Origin: an uncultured SAR86 cluster bacterium
GTDB lineage: Bacteria > Pseudomonadota > Gammaproteobacteria > Magnimaribacterales > D2472
Assembly (NCBI GenBank): GCA_902518715.1
Contig: CABYHU010000002.1
Location: forward strand, 129,821-193,820
Length of the DNA stretch: 64,000 bases
Reading direction: 5' to 3'
This document shows, in pieces, positions 10,213 to 21,418 of the stretch; within the stretch, counting starts at the first letter, position 1; every line of letters starts with the position of its first letter. Both the position numbers and the translations under genes were made by a program. The notes below the pieces were generated by a model. It was given only the letters and a program-made list of their open reading frames with translations, ran no database searches and was not told the origin of the DNA.

Positions 10213-11468
10213 TGATTGAATACAAAAGAATATCATTTAAGTATGTTGTGTTGGCATTTCTAATTGCAGCCTTTTTAATTGTTCTTCTAAGCGTCGATCG
10301 CAAGAATAATGAAGCTCCACCAATTGAAGATGTATTTATTGAAGAGCTTTTTAAACCTGAACTCGAAAGAGTGGAAACATCTGCGATCCACGAAGTGAAA
10401 GATGGAGAAAATTTATCAATTATTTTTGAAGACTATAGAGTGCCTTTAAATACTGTTTATAAAATTCTCAAGCTTGATAGAAGTAATGAGCTAAGAAATA
10501 TTAGACCTGGTGATGAAATTAAGTTTTCTTTCCTTAATGATGAGATAAATAGAATTGAAATCAAAAAAGATATCTTGAATAGCATAAGGGTTGATATAGG
10601 AGAAGATATTTCAATTGAAAAGATTGTAAAAGAAGTTGAAAAACTTAAATCAATTAGCATGGGAGAGATTCAAAGCTCTTTTTATGAGTCTGGTCTAAAA
10701 GCAAATATGCCGGACAGTATTATTATGGACTTCGCTTTTATTTTTGGCTGGGATATTGATTTCATATTTGATGTTCGAAATGGAGATACTTTTTCAGTTA
10801 TTTATGAAACTGACTATTCGGAAGGAGAAAAGATTTCTAGCGGCGACATAATTTTCGCTGAATTCATTAATAATGGTCAGAGATATACTGCCCAGAGATA
10901 TTTTGATGATGAGCTTGGAAAGCAATATTTTGATGAAAATGGTAAGAATGTAAAAAAAGCTTTTTTAAGAGCGCCATTAGATTTTGCTTATATTAGTTCT
11001 CACTTCAATCCAAACAGAATGCATCCAATACTCCATAAAATTAAGGCACATAACGGAGTAGATTATGCAGCTAGAAGAAATACTCCAATTAAGGCCTCAG
11101 GCGAGGGTGTTATTTCCTTTGCCGGATGGAAAAGTGGTTATGGAAGGACTTTAGAGATCCGTCATGGCGGAAATATATCAACTCTTTATGCCCACTTGGA
11201 AAAGTTTGAATCAAAAATAAAAGTCGGCACCAAAGTCTCTCAGGGTCAAATCATCGCTTTTGTGGGTGATTCTGGATTAGCAACTGCACCGCATCTACAT
11301 TATGAATTTAAAATTGGTGATAAAAGGACTGATCCAGTTAAAGTAGAACTACCATCAGCTAAGCCAATTGATCAGTCCAAGCTAGAGGATTTCAAAGCTA
11401 TTGTTCAAGAAAGTAAAGAGGCATTAAAAATTTTTGACTTAGAAAGTAATGAAGTAGCTTATGAGTAA
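10212..11468 (+). CDS. M23 family murein DD-endopeptidase (MepM/YebA-like) with N-terminal membrane anchor
   Basis: LytM active-site motifs HNGVDYAA and HLHYEF. N-terminal TM helix. The start overlaps the putA stop (TGATG). Confidence 0.85.
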   Translation: MIEYKRISFKYVVLAFLIAAFLIVLLSVDRKNNEAPPIEDVFIEELFKPELERVETSAIHEVKDGENLSIIFEDYRVPLNTVYKILKLDRSNELRNIRPGDEIKFSFLNDEINRIEIKKDILNSIRVDIGEDISIEKIVKEVEKLKSISMGEIQSSFYESGLKANMPDSIIMDFAFIFGWDIDFIFDVRNGDTFSVIYETDYSEGEKISSGDIIFAEFINNGQRYTAQRYFDDELGKQYFDENGKNVKKAFLRAPLDFAYISSHFNPNRMHPILHKIKAHNGVDYAARRNTPIKASGEGVISFAGWKSGYGRTLEIRHGGNISTLYAHLEKFESKIKVGTKVSQGQIIAFVGDSGLATAPHLHYEFKIGDKRTDPVKVELPSAKPIDQSKLEDFKAIVQESKEALKIFDLESNEVAYE

Positions 11469-12471
11469 ATATTTTATTGGTTTAATGACCGGAACAAGCG
11501 CTGATTCAATTGATGGGTGTGTGGTGGATTTCGGTAATGGATTTGAACTTATACACTCAAAATCAAACAATCTTGAAAAAAACTACAAGTCAAAATATGA
11601 GAAAGCTATTAAAAAAGGCTTTAAGAACAAAGAAGATGACGAAATTGTGCTTGAACTTGAGGAGAGCTTAAATAAGAGCTCTGTGGAGCTAATTAAAAAC
11701 TTGTTAGATGAAATTGATACATCTTTAATATCTGGAATAGGTTTTCCTGGACAAACTATGTTTCATGACACTGAGCGAAGCTATCAAATTGGATGCGCCC
11801 AATTTCTAGCTGATGAAGTTGGAATTAAAGTAATTCATGATTTTAGAAACTATGACATGCAAAAAGGAGGTTTGGGTGCGCCGCTCGTTCCAGAATTCCA
11901 TAAATATCTTTTTGCTGAATCAAACAAAAGAAAAGTTATTTTCAATATTGGAGGAATATCTAATGGTACTTACTTGGATGGAGAAGATATTAAAGTAGCT
12001 TCAGATGTCGGACCTGGTAACTGTTTAATAGATTTAGTCGCAATGCGTGACTTTGGGATGCCATATGATGAAGATGGAAAGATTGCAGCTACAGGACAAA
12101 TAGATCAAAGGCTTTTAAATAGCTTGCTTGATAAAATCCGTACTAAAGGCTATCCCAGAGCCGATGATAAATCTTTTTACTATAATCTTGATGAACTTAA
12201 ATCAGATAATCCTGAAAATCTATTGGCAACTCTAAGCGAGCTAACAGCCTTATGCATATCTGATTTTTGCCATTCTTGTGATATGCCTGGGGAGATATTG
12301 CTGCATGGTGGTGGTACCAAAAATAAATTCCTCATGGAAAGACTAGAGAAAAATATTGGGTCATCTTTAAAATTTACAGATCGTTTAATCCCTTCAAAAT
12401 TTGTAGAATCTGCAGCTTTTGCTTATTTAGCTTATTTAAAAAGAGGTATCTTGGTTGAGCCTAGACGGTAA
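11461..12471 (+). CDS. anmK: Anhydro-N-acetylmuramic acid kinase
   Basis: N-terminal GLMTGTSADSIDG motif, ASKHA-fold layout and typical length. The start overlaps the upstream stop by 8 nt. Confidence 0.85.
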   Translation: MSKYFIGLMTGTSADSIDGCVVDFGNGFELIHSKSNNLEKNYKSKYEKAIKKGFKNKEDDEIVLELEESLNKSSVELIKNLLDEIDTSLISGIGFPGQTMFHDTERSYQIGCAQFLADEVGIKVIHDFRNYDMQKGGLGAPLVPEFHKYLFAESNKRKVIFNIGGISNGTYLDGEDIKVASDVGPGNCLIDLVAMRDFGMPYDEDGKIAATGQIDQRLLNSLLDKIRTKGYPRADDKSFYYNLDELKSDNPENLLATLSELTALCISDFCHSCDMPGEILLHGGGTKNKFLMERLEKNIGSSLKFTDRLIPSKFVESAAFAYLAYLKRGILVEPRR

Positions 12472-12793
12472 AAGATTCACCACATCCGCATGTGGTTTTG
12501 GCGTTAGGGTTTTTAATAATAAATTTAGCGCCTGAGAGATCTTCAACATAGTCCAGCTCAGAGCCATACAAATATGGATATGAAAGAGAATCTAATAAAA
12601 CTCTGAAATGGCCAAAATCAATTACATCATCATCGAAAGCTTCTTCTGAATCAAACTTAAAACCATATTGGAAGCCGGAGCAACCTCCTCCCGTAACATA
12701 AACGCGGAAAGCATTTGATTCATATTCAGGAAGCAGATTCTGAATCCTTTTCTGCGCACTTTCTGTGACGTTGATAGATGTATTTTGTTCCAT
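12461..12793 (-). CDS. erpA: Iron-sulfur cluster insertion protein ErpA (A-type carrier)
   Basis: HesB/IscA signature with C-terminal CGCGESF and GGGCSGF. 110 aa. Confidence 0.9.
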   Translation of the reverse strand: MEQNTSINVTESAQKRIQNLLPEYESNAFRVYVTGGGCSGFQYGFKFDSEEAFDDDVIDFGHFRVLLDSLSYPYLYGSELDYVEDLSGAKFIIKNPNAKTTCGCGESFTV

Positions 12794-12844
12794 AGCGTTA
12801 TCTTAATAAATTAATAGTATTAATTTCAATAAAAACAATATCAC

Positions 12845-13366
12845 TTAATGAAATATATCTTTTGCAAAATCATCCACTTTTGACCAATCTGTAAATTCAA
12901 ACGATTCATTAATATCTGTTGGTCCATTTGTAATCCACATAATAAATCTAATCATATGTTTATCAAAAAACTTATACTTTGGATAATCAATCTTGCCCGC
13001 AAAAACGCCCAATTTTTTGGGCTGCCAAGCTGATTGCTTCATAAATTTAATTAAATATGGATTTGTTTCTGGATCACATTTTTCTGGTTTTCTTGCTACT
13101 GCATTAACACTAAAAAAAGCATTCTCTTTTGAATCTAAAATACTTTTATATTTCTTAGAAAAGCTAAAAAGGTTTTTATTATGCTTTCCATAACGGATGC
13201 TTGCACCAACTAAGACTTTATCAGCACTCTTTATCTCAAGCTCTGAACAATCTTCGAGGCTGGTAATTGTGACTGATCCATTAATAGATAAGACTTCTGC
13301 AATTCGATTACATATCGAAACAGTGTGGCCATCAGTTGTTGAAAAAAGAATTAATATTTTATCCAT
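12845..13366 (-). CDS. hemG: Menaquinone-dependent protoporphyrinogen IX dehydrogenase (flavodoxin-like HemG)
   Basis: N-terminal ILILFSTTDGHT flavodoxin motif plus the long HemG-type insertion loop. 173 aa. Confidence 0.8.
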   Translation of the reverse strand: MDKILILFSTTDGHTVSICNRIAEVLSINGSVTITSLEDCSELEIKSADKVLVGASIRYGKHNKNLFSFSKKYKSILDSKENAFFSVNAVARKPEKCDPETNPYLIKFMKQSAWQPKKLGVFAGKIDYPKYKFFDKHMIRFIMWITNGPTDINESFEFTDWSKVDDFAKDIFH

Positions 13367-13390
13367 TTCTATTCTGTTATATTTTATATC

Positions 13391-14023
13391 GTGATTGATG
13401 CTAAAGATAAATTAAAGGGTATTTATGCAATAACTCCTCCAAAGTTCGATGAAACAAAACTTTTGCATGATATCAATATATGTCTTGGTTGTGGGATAAA
13501 GATATTCCAAATCCGCTATAAAGAGGAAATAACGAGAGAGCTGAAAGATTTTTTCTCAGTTCTTATCAAAGAAATTAAAAAGAAAGAAGGAATTACTATC
13601 ATAAATGATTTTCCACACCTTGCTCATGACTTAGGGGCAGATGGAGTCCATCTAGGCAAATCCGATTTATCAGTTCGTGCTGTTAGGAATAAATACAAAA
13701 ATCTTATTATTGGTAAAACCTGTAAATCATCAATTGAAGAAGCAAAGAAAGCTATAAATGAAGGTGCTAATTATGTCTCATTTGGTGCCTTCTCTCAGTC
13801 TTCAACAAAGAAGGAAGCAATTCCAATTGAAAAAAGTGACTTAGACCTAATAAATAAGTTTAATGTTTCTAATAAAGCAATTATTGGTGGAATAAGTAAT
13901 GAAAACTTTCACGAGGTTGCGGAGCTAAATTTTGATATGATTGCTTTAAGTAATGCTATTTTTAACTCACAAGATATTGCTAAATCAGCAAGCTTTTTTG
14001 TAAACAATTTTAATTTTGAGTAA
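13391..14023 (+). CDS. thiE: Thiamine-phosphate synthase
   Basis: TMP-TENI family motifs (IQIRYK, GADGVHLG). GTG start. Confidence 0.8.
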   Translation: MIDAKDKLKGIYAITPPKFDETKLLHDINICLGCGIKIFQIRYKEEITRELKDFFSVLIKEIKKKEGITIINDFPHLAHDLGADGVHLGKSDLSVRAVRNKYKNLIIGKTCKSSIEEAKKAINEGANYVSFGAFSQSSTKKEAIPIEKSDLDLINKFNVSNKAIIGGISNENFHEVAELNFDMIALSNAIFNSQDIAKSASFFVNNFNFE

Positions 14024-15299
14024 AACGAATAAATCTAAGTCTCTTTTTAATAAAGCAAAATCGGTAATGCCTGGGGGTGTAAATTCACCTGTAAGAGCAT
14101 TTGGGAATGTTAATAGTACTCCTATTTTTATTAAGAGCGCCTCTGGGGCATATCTTCATGATGTTGACGGAAATGATTATGTAGACTTTATTGGATCTTG
14201 GGGTCCAATGATTTTAGGTCACAGTAATCCAAAAATAATAAAAGCAATCAAGGATCAGGCTGACTTAGGAACAAGTTATGGGGCTCCAACAGAAGCAGAA
14301 ACATCTATAGGCGAGTTAATTAGAACGGTAATGCCCTCTATCGAAAAAATTAGAATGGTAAATTCTGGAACAGAAGCAACAATGAGCTGCATAAGGTTGG
14401 CTAGAGGATATACAGGCCGCAACAAAATTATTAAATTTACTGGCTGTTATCATGGTCATGTAGATTCTCTTCTTATAAAAGCAGGTTCAGGAGTATCGAC
14501 TTTTGGGCTTCCCGACTCTCCAGGTATACCTGAAGAACTTGCAAGACATACCATAAGTGTCCCCTACAATGACATAAATGCTTTTTTAGAAGTCTTTGAG
14601 TCAATTAAAAGTGAGCTTGCGGCAGTCATAATTGAACCAATTGCTGGAAATATGGGTTTTATTCCAGGAGATAAAGATTTTTTAGAAACTCTGAGGACCA
14701 AAACACATGAAAGCGGTTCGGTATTAATCTTTGATGAGGTAATGACAGGCTTTCGAGTATCTTTAGGAGGAGCTCAAGAAATATATGGAATCATGCCAGA
14801 CCTAACTGCTTTAGGAAAAGTTATAGGTGGAGGCCTTCCTGTAGGAGCATTTGGTGGCAAGGCCGAAATAATGAACTTTCTCGCGCCAGAAGGACCCGTT
14901 TATCAGGCAGGTACTCTTTCAGGCAATCCTCTAGCAGTTGCTGCTGGAAAATGTCTCATTAATGAGCTTATAAAAACAAATCCTTATGATGAGCTTGAGG
15001 CAAATGCCAGCTATCTATTAACAAATATTAAAAATGAGATGTTTAAAAAAGAAACGCCCTTCTCTTTTAATCAAATTGGTGGAATGTTTGGATTCTTCTT
15101 CACAGATGAATTTCCAAATAACTTTGATGATGTAAGCGCGTCGAGCGATAAGTATTTTGAAAGTTTTTTTAAAGACTGTCTAAATCAAGGTATATACTTT
15201 GCTCCATCAAAATATGAAGCTGGATTTATCTCAACAAAGCATACTAAAAAGATTCTTGATGAGGTAATAAATAAGGTAAAGGTGATATATGGCACATGA
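14016..15299 (+). CDS. hemL: Glutamate-1-semialdehyde 2,1-aminomutase
   Basis: GGVNSPVRAF near the N-terminus and the PLP lysine in LGKVIGGGLPVGAFGG. 427 aa. Confidence 0.95.
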   Translation: MSKTNKSKSLFNKAKSVMPGGVNSPVRAFGNVNSTPIFIKSASGAYLHDVDGNDYVDFIGSWGPMILGHSNPKIIKAIKDQADLGTSYGAPTEAETSIGELIRTVMPSIEKIRMVNSGTEATMSCIRLARGYTGRNKIIKFTGCYHGHVDSLLIKAGSGVSTFGLPDSPGIPEELARHTISVPYNDINAFLEVFESIKSELAAVIIEPIAGNMGFIPGDKDFLETLRTKTHESGSVLIFDEVMTGFRVSLGGAQEIYGIMPDLTALGKVIGGGLPVGAFGGKAEIMNFLAPEGPVYQAGTLSGNPLAVAAGKCLINELIKTNPYDELEANASYLLTNIKNEMFKKETPFSFNQIGGMFGFFFTDEFPNNFDDVSASSDKYFESFFKDCLNQGIYFAPSKYEAGFISTKHTKKILDEVINKVKVIYGT

Positions 15300-16281
15300 T
15301 ATAGCGGCAATAGGTAATGCATTGGTTGATACTCAGTTTAAGATTGAGCAAGATTTTCTTGACGAAATTGGTATGAAGCCAGATGAGATGGTTATTCAAT
15401 CAAGAGAAGAGCAAAATGTAATATTGGATAAGCTTTTGCTATTAAATCTTGAGTCAGTTGTTGACTGTGGTGGCTCTGCTACCAATTCATTAGTTGCTGC
15501 ATCTTATTTCGGCTCTTCCTGTCATCATGTTTGTAAATTGAATGATGATGAAGATGGTAATAAATACCTAAAAAGTCTATCAGAGGCTGGAATTGATCAC
15601 ATTGGTATTAGCTCGAATGATCAAAATACTCCAACAGGAAAATGTCTTGTTCTTGTTACCCCTGATGCAGCAAGAACTATGTGCAGTACCCTTGGAATTA
15701 GTGAGCATTTAAGTGAGAAAGATATAAATTTTGAGTATCTTCAAAAATCTAAAATCTTCTACATAGAAGGCTATATGGTAACCAGCGATTCTAACTTTAA
15801 CTCTGTTTCAAAATCTCTTGATTCCTTAGTGGGTTTTGGAACTAAAAAAGCATTATCTCTATCAAATGATGGCATTGTTCATGGTTTTCGAGAGAAGTTT
15901 GAAAAAATACTTTCATATGGAATCGACTTCGTTTTTGGTAATCATGACGAGGCATTGGCTCTTACCGAAACCGATAATATAGATGACGCAATAGAAGCTT
16001 TAAAAGAAAAAGATTTCACTACCATAATTACTGATGGGCCTAACGGCAGTTTTATTATTGCTGATGGAGAAGTTATTAAAAGTAATGGGTTTGAGGTTGA
16101 GGCAATTGATACAAACGGAGCTGGCGACATGTTCGCAGGTGCATTTATGCATGCAATGCTGAGCGGTAAAGAGCTTCATGAATGCAGCGCATTTGCTAAC
16201 TTAGCAGCTTCAAAAATAGTACAAACATTTGGCCCACGTCTTAAAAAAGAGGAATACCAAGATCTCTTAGAAAATTTATAA
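15289..16281 (+). CDS. PfkB-family carbohydrate/nucleoside kinase, adenosine-kinase-like
   Basis: PfkB signature DTNGAGDMFAGAF near the C-terminus and an N-terminal GNALVD motif. Confidence 0.75.
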   Translation: MAHDIAAIGNALVDTQFKIEQDFLDEIGMKPDEMVIQSREEQNVILDKLLLLNLESVVDCGGSATNSLVAASYFGSSCHHVCKLNDDEDGNKYLKSLSEAGIDHIGISSNDQNTPTGKCLVLVTPDAARTMCSTLGISEHLSEKDINFEYLQKSKIFYIEGYMVTSDSNFNSVSKSLDSLVGFGTKKALSLSNDGIVHGFREKFEKILSYGIDFVFGNHDEALALTETDNIDDAIEALKEKDFTTIITDGPNGSFIIADGEVIKSNGFEVEAIDTNGAGDMFAGAFMHAMLSGKELHECSAFANLAASKIVQTFGPRLKKEEYQDLLENL

Positions 16282-16283
16282 AC

Positions 16284-17597
16284 TTGATAATTAAGAATCT
16301 CTTTAAAAAAACCAACAGTAATAAATTGCCTGTTAGCTCTAAGGATTGGAAAAGCATAAGTCCTTTTGCTGTAGAGATTATCAATAAGCTTCAAGATCAT
16401 AGCTATGAAGCTTACCTTGTTGGTGGTTGTGTCAGAGATTTGTTAGCCAATATTAAACCAAAGGATTTTGATATCGCGACTAATGCTGAGCCAAAAGAGA
16501 TTAGGAAAATTTTTAAAGCTTCAAGAATTATTGGGAAAAGATTTCAGTTAGTTCATATATACAAAGGAAAGCAGATAATAGAAGTTGCAACATTTAGAGC
16601 TGGTCTCGATAAAAATAGTACAACTATAGAAAATGATCTCATCAAGGATGATGCTGGGAAAATAATCAGAGACAATATCTGGGGTAATATTGAGGATGAT
16701 TGCAATAGAAGAGATTTCACAATAAATGCTATTTACTTTTGTCCAATAAGTAATACTTTTAAAGACTTCCATGATGGCGCTCAACACGTTAAAGAAAAGA
16801 AAATAATTTCTATAGGAGATCCTTTATATAGATTTGAAGAAGATCCGGTGAGAAGTCTAAGGGCTATAAGGTTTGCAACTAAACTTAATTTCAAACTAGA
16901 TAGCAAAGTAAAAGAAGCTATTTATGAAAAAGGTGACCTTTTAGGCAACATCTCTAATGCAAGATTGTTTGATGAGTTCTGTAAAATCTTTTTGAATGGG
17001 CATGGGTATGAAAATTATAAAAAACTTCAATCTTTTGGTATTGCAAAATATCTGCTTAACTTAGAAAAAAAGTATTCTGGAAACAAAGTTTATGAAGAAT
17101 CATTCAAAAATACTGATAAAAGGTATAGAGATGGTAAATCTATTACTCCAGGGTTCCTTCTTGCAGCAATCTTATGGCCAAGGTTAATTGAAAGATGCTC
17201 TTTTGATAACGGGATTAATGTTAGAAAATTTTTTAGATCTATGGACTCTATTATTGCTGAACAGCAAAGAGTTACTGCCATCCCAAGAAAATTCTCTAGC
17301 TACATAAAAGACATCTGGTATTTGCAATTAAAATTAAATGATAGATTAAAAAATAATCCTAATAAGATAATTAAGCATCCAAGATTTAGAGCTGGATATG
17401 ATTTCCTCTTAATCAGAGAGAAAGCTTCAAAAGATAAATCAGATCTCGGGAAGTGGTGGACAAGCTTTCAGCATGCAGATGCTAAATCCAAGGAAAAAAT
17501 GATTGGAAAAGTAAGAAAAATTGCAGAAAGTGATGGAAATTTCAACCCAAGAAAGGGTGAGGGAAAAGAATTTGGATTTTCTGAAGAATTAAGATAA
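16284..17597 (+). CDS. pcnB: Poly(A) polymerase I
   Basis: Nucleotidyltransferase head GGCVRDLL...KDFDIAT, then the probable RNA-binding region and a basic C-terminus. TTG start directly after the upstream stop. Confidence 0.9.
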   Translation: MIIKNLFKKTNSNKLPVSSKDWKSISPFAVEIINKLQDHSYEAYLVGGCVRDLLANIKPKDFDIATNAEPKEIRKIFKASRIIGKRFQLVHIYKGKQIIEVATFRAGLDKNSTTIENDLIKDDAGKIIRDNIWGNIEDDCNRRDFTINAIYFCPISNTFKDFHDGAQHVKEKKIISIGDPLYRFEEDPVRSLRAIRFATKLNFKLDSKVKEAIYEKGDLLGNISNARLFDEFCKIFLNGHGYENYKKLQSFGIAKYLLNLEKKYSGNKVYEESFKNTDKRYRDGKSITPGFLLAAILWPRLIERCSFDNGINVRKFFRSMDSIIAEQQRVTAIPRKFSSYIKDIWYLQLKLNDRLKNNPNKIIKHPRFRAGYDFLLIREKASKDKSDLGKWWTSFQHADAKSKEKMIGKVRKIAESDGNFNPRKGEGKEFGFSEELR

Positions 17598-17616
17598 TCT
17601 AATTTTTATATATTTT

Positions 17617-18282
17617 ATGAAATTAGCATATAAAGAAGACCCTTTACCTAAATATATTGCTGTTGAAGGGCCAATTGGGGTTGGAAAAACTACCCTGGCA
17701 AATAAGCTTGCAAAATCTTTTAACTATGACATTTTGCTTGAAATGCCAGCTGAAAACCCCTTTTTAGAAGCATCTTATAAAAATCCAACACAGTCTGCGC
17801 TCGCTGCTCAATTATTCTTCTTATTTCAAAGAGTTCAGCAAATGGAAGAATTGAAACAGAGAAGCTTGTTTGAACCAGTTAGGGTTGCTGATTTTATATT
17901 GGAGAAAGATAGACTGTTTGCTGAAGTGGTCTTATCGGCAGAGGAAATGAAGCTTTATGACAAAGTTTACGAACACTTAACTCTTGACTCGCCCACACCA
18001 GATCTGGTCATTTATCTTCAAGCACCTGTTGAAGTATTGATGAGAAGAATTGATAAAAGAGGTAATGAATACGAGCAATATCTTACTAATGAATACTTAA
18101 CAAAAATCAATGAAGCTTATTCCCGATTCTTTTTAGACTATGAAAAGGCACCAGTTCTGATTGTTAATGCTGCTGACATAAACTTCGAAGAGAATGAAGA
18201 AGATTATGAGATGTTGGTTACAAAAATTATGTCCAATCCAAAAGGAAAGACTTTTATAAATCCCCAACCATCTATTCTTTAA
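17617..18282 (+). CDS. Deoxynucleoside kinase family protein
   Basis: P-loop GPIGVGKTT, dNK-type ERS/DRxF region (EKDRLFA) and an arginine-rich lid ([12 protein letters not shown]). Confidence 0.75.
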   Translation: MKLAYKEDPLPKYIAVEGPIGVGKTTLANKLAKSFNYDILLEMPAENPFLEASYKNPTQSALAAQLFFLFQRVQQMEELKQRSLFEPVRVADFILEKDRLFAEVVLSAEEMKLYDKVYEHLTLDSPTPDLVIYLQAPVEVLMRRIDKRGNEYEQYLTNEYLTKINEAYSRFFLDYEKAPVLIVNAADINFEENEEDYEMLVTKIMSNPKGKTFINPQPSIL

Positions 18283-18283
18283 G

Positions 18284-20212
18284 ATGACACAAGAAATTTA
18301 TAATCCTAATCCCGGATTTTCAAATCCGCATATAAAAGATTTTGATGAATACTTAAGTCTATATAAAGAGTCAATTGAGAATCCTGAAAAATTCTTTGGC
18401 GATCTGGCAAAAGAAAATATTTCATGGATTGAAGATTTTAAAGAGGTACATAACTCTGAATTCCAGGAAACTAAATGGTTTGTTGGAGGAAAAACAAACA
18501 TAACGCTCAACTGTATTGATAGACACCTTGAAAAAAATGGCGATAAGGTTGCCTTAATTTGGGAAGGTGATGAGCCAGGAAACTCTAAAGAGATAACTTT
18601 CAAAGAATTACACTCTGAGGTTTGCAGGTTTGCAAATATCCTTAAAACACTTCAAATTAAAAAAGGCTCCAGGGTTTGTATTTATATGCCGATGATTCCT
18701 GAAGCTGCATTTGCAATGTTTGCATGTGCAAGAATTGGTGCGATCCATTCAGTTGTTTTCGGTGGATTTTCTCCAGAATCTTTAAAGGATAGGATTCTGG
18801 ATGCTGACTGCAGAATTGTAATTACTGCTGATGAGGGTGTTCGAGGCGGTAAAAAGGTTCCTTTAAAAGATAATGTTGATGAAGCCCTAATAAATTGTCC
18901 TGATGTTAAGAATGTAATCGTTGTTAATCGAACCGGCGGAAAAATTAATTGGTTTGAGGATAGAGATCTTTGGTTTCATGAACTAAAAGATAAAGTTGAT
19001 GATGTTTGCGAGCCTGAGCCGATGGATTCTGAAGATCCACTCTTTATTCTTTATACATCTGGATCAACTGGGAAGCCAAAAGGAGTTTTACACACAACGG
19101 CTGGGTATCTTTTAGGAGCACATATCTCTTTTAAGTATTTATTTGGATTCAATGAAGATGATAAATATTGGTGCACAGCAGATGTTGGCTGGATTACTGG
19201 ACATACTTATATTCTTTATGGCCCCTTATCAAATGGGGCTACTTCACTTATGTTTGAAGGCGTGCCTACATATCCAACTGCATCCAGATGTTGGGAAATA
19301 TGTGATGAGCATGAAATAAATATTTTTTATACTGCCCCAACTGCCATAAGAGCTTTAATGTCGCTAGGAGATGAATTTGTTGGAAGTACCTCGAGAAAAT
19401 CGATTAAAGTTCTGGGTACTGTCGGTGAACCAATAAATCCTGAGGCATGGGACTGGTATTACTCAGTTGTAGGAAATAAATCTTGTGAAGTTATTGATAC
19501 ATGGTGGCAAACAGAAACTGGTTCAGTCCTTATCTCTCCGATTGCAGGCATTACGCCAACAAAACCAGGCTCTGCAACATTACCATTTTTTGGTGTAAGA
19601 CCTGAGCTGTATGATGAAAATGGTATTCAACAGTCAGGAGAAGCATCGGGTAATCTGGTGATTGAGTCTTCATGGCCCAGTCAAATTAGAAGTGTTTATA
19701 ACGATCACCAGAGAATGATTGATACTTATTTTTCAACCTATAGCAATATTTACTTTACAGGTGACGGTGCAAAAAGGGATGAAGATGGTTACTTTTGGAT
19801 TACTGGAAGAGTCGATGATGTTCTTAATGTTTCTGGGCATAGGCTTGGAACAGCTGAAGTTGAAAGTGCGCTTGTTCTGCATCCAGTTGTAGCTGAAGCT
19901 GCTGTGGTGGGCTTTGAGCACCCAATAAAAGGACAAGGCATATATGCTTTTGTTACTTTAATGGTAGGTGAAGAATTTTCAGATGAGTTATCAGCAGAAT
20001 TAAGAAACTTTGTTGGCAAAGAAATTGGTCCTATTGCAAAACCTGACTTAATTCAAAATGCTCCCGGTCTACCAAAAACTAGATCAGGCAAGATTATGAG
20101 AAGAATATTACGTAAAGTTGCTGAAGGTGATTTCGAAAACTTAGGTGATACGACAACACTTGCTGAGCCTGCTGTGGTTTCTGATCTTATAAATAATAAA
20201 AAAAGTTTATGA
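18284..20212 (+). CDS. acs: Acetyl-coenzyme A synthetase
   Basis: AMP-binding motif [18 protein letters not shown], and C-terminal [11 protein letters not shown] containing the acetylatable Lys. 642 aa. Confidence 0.95.
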   Translation: MTQEIYNPNPGFSNPHIKDFDEYLSLYKESIENPEKFFGDLAKENISWIEDFKEVHNSEFQETKWFVGGKTNITLNCIDRHLEKNGDKVALIWEGDEPGNSKEITFKELHSEVCRFANILKTLQIKKGSRVCIYMPMIPEAAFAMFACARIGAIHSVVFGGFSPESLKDRILDADCRIVITADEGVRGGKKVPLKDNVDEALINCPDVKNVIVVNRTGGKINWFEDRDLWFHELKDKVDDVCEPEPMDSEDPLFILYTSGSTGKPKGVLHTTAGYLLGAHISFKYLFGFNEDDKYWCTADVGWITGHTYILYGPLSNGATSLMFEGVPTYPTASRCWEICDEHEINIFYTAPTAIRALMSLGDEFVGSTSRKSIKVLGTVGEPINPEAWDWYYSVVGNKSCEVIDTWWQTETGSVLISPIAGITPTKPGSATLPFFGVRPELYDENGIQQSGEASGNLVIESSWPSQIRSVYNDHQRMIDTYFSTYSNIYFTGDGAKRDEDGYFWITGRVDDVLNVSGHRLGTAEVESALVLHPVVAEAAVVGFEHPIKGQGIYAFVTLMVGEEFSDELSAELRNFVGKEIGPIAKPDLIQNAPGLPKTRSGKIMRRILRKVAEGDFENLGDTTTLAEPAVVSDLINNKKSL

Positions 20213-20607
20213 ATAGATTAGCTGTCATTTTTTCTTTTTCGATAATATTTCTTTTCTCTTGCTCTTCAGCTCCCAAAAATGATCCTCTTACAGATATCGT
20301 TGGCGAAAATAAAATAGGTTATGTGCAAACATCATGCATGCAGAATCCAGATAATGGTCCAAGGATGGTTTCAAGACAAGACAAGCATGAATACCTCAAC
20401 AGAGATGATTACTTTGATTGCGTCGATAGAACAAGTGCTTCCATTGAAGCCCAAAATGAAGAAGAAAGATTAAATAAAGAAAATCAACTCAAATTAGTGC
20501 CAAAAAAAGAAGAAGAAATTAAGCTTGAAGAAGATGAGGATGAGTTAAAAATTAAGTGCGAGCCTGATATTGGAGGAGATACAGGAAGATATTACAAATG
20601 CTCTTAA
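20209..20607 (+). CDS. Small lipoprotein of unknown function with Glu/Lys-rich C-terminal half
   Basis: Lipobox LFSCS after a hydrophobic leader, four further Cys residues and an acidic low-complexity tail. The start overlaps the acs stop (ATGA). Confidence 0.55.
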   Translation: MNRLAVIFSFSIIFLFSCSSAPKNDPLTDIVGENKIGYVQTSCMQNPDNGPRMVSRQDKHEYLNRDDYFDCVDRTSASIEAQNEEERLNKENQLKLVPKKEEEIKLEEDEDELKIKCEPDIGGDTGRYYKCS

Positions 20608-21416
20608 TCTTCTAAAGATCTATATTTTCCTTTTTCCAGAACAACTCTTTTGTCCTCAATAAGTTTTATCAGATGCGCTTCAAGGCTCCATTTTGCAATA
20701 GGAAGTAGTTTTGGATTGACATCGTTATAAACTGAAATTAACAGACGATTAATTCCAGTAGCTCCAAGCTTAGAAAGCTTCTTGAAAACTTTTTCTTCTC
20801 TATTTAGCCTGTGTTGAATAGTCCACTCAATAATTTCGTAAGGATTATCAATGTAATTACCATGACCAGGTGCTATTGAATCAAAAGAAAAATCATTAAG
20901 CTTTTTTAGCGAAGAAATGTATTCGTTCATATTGCCGTCTTTTGGAGCAATAACAACTGTAGATCCATCCATAATATGATCACCACTCAATAAGCATTTA
21001 ATTTCATCAATCAAAAAACAATAATGGTTAGAGGCATGACCAGGTGTATGGATTGGCTTAATCGTATATTCTTCAGTTTCAATATGCTCATCTTCTGACA
21101 ATATAAAATCTGGCTTGAAAGACTCGTCTTGAATTGAGAAATCATTTTCAACCAATTTTCCATAGCAAGGAACAGATAGGCGTTCAGCAAGAGGTTTAGC
21201 CCCTGGTGAGTGATCCATATGAGTATGAGTTACAAGAATCCTTTTTATGTTGTTGTCTGCCTTCTCAACAAGCTTATCTAAATGCTTTGGTATGTTTGGG
21301 CCAGGATCTACTAAGGTTATATCCTTTTTGCCAATGAGGTAGGAGTTTGTCCCTGCGCCAGTAAAAATACCTCCATTTGGTGAAGTTATTTTCTTTAATA
21401 AATTATCTCTTTCCAT
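20604..21416 (-). CDS. MBL-fold metallo-hydrolase (LACTB2 / glyoxalase-II-like)
   Basis: HxHxDH motif as HTHMDHSPG, with downstream His/Asp ligands (HTPGH, GDH). Confidence 0.8.
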   Translation of the reverse strand: MERDNLLKKITSPNGGIFTGAGTNSYLIGKKDITLVDPGPNIPKHLDKLVEKADNNIKRILVTHTHMDHSPGAKPLAERLSVPCYGKLVENDFSIQDESFKPDFILSEDEHIETEEYTIKPIHTPGHASNHYCFLIDEIKCLLSGDHIMDGSTVVIAPKDGNMNEYISSLKKLNDFSFDSIAPGHGNYIDNPYEIIEWTIQHRLNREEKVFKKLSKLGATGINRLLISVYNDVNPKLLPIAKWSLEAHLIKLIEDKRVVLEKGKYRSLED

Positions 21417-21418
21417 CG

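Noticed and set aside
13367-13390. TPP riboswitch upstream of thiE
   Set aside because: Only 24 nt separate thiE from the divergent hemG start, which leaves no room for a ~100-nt THI element.
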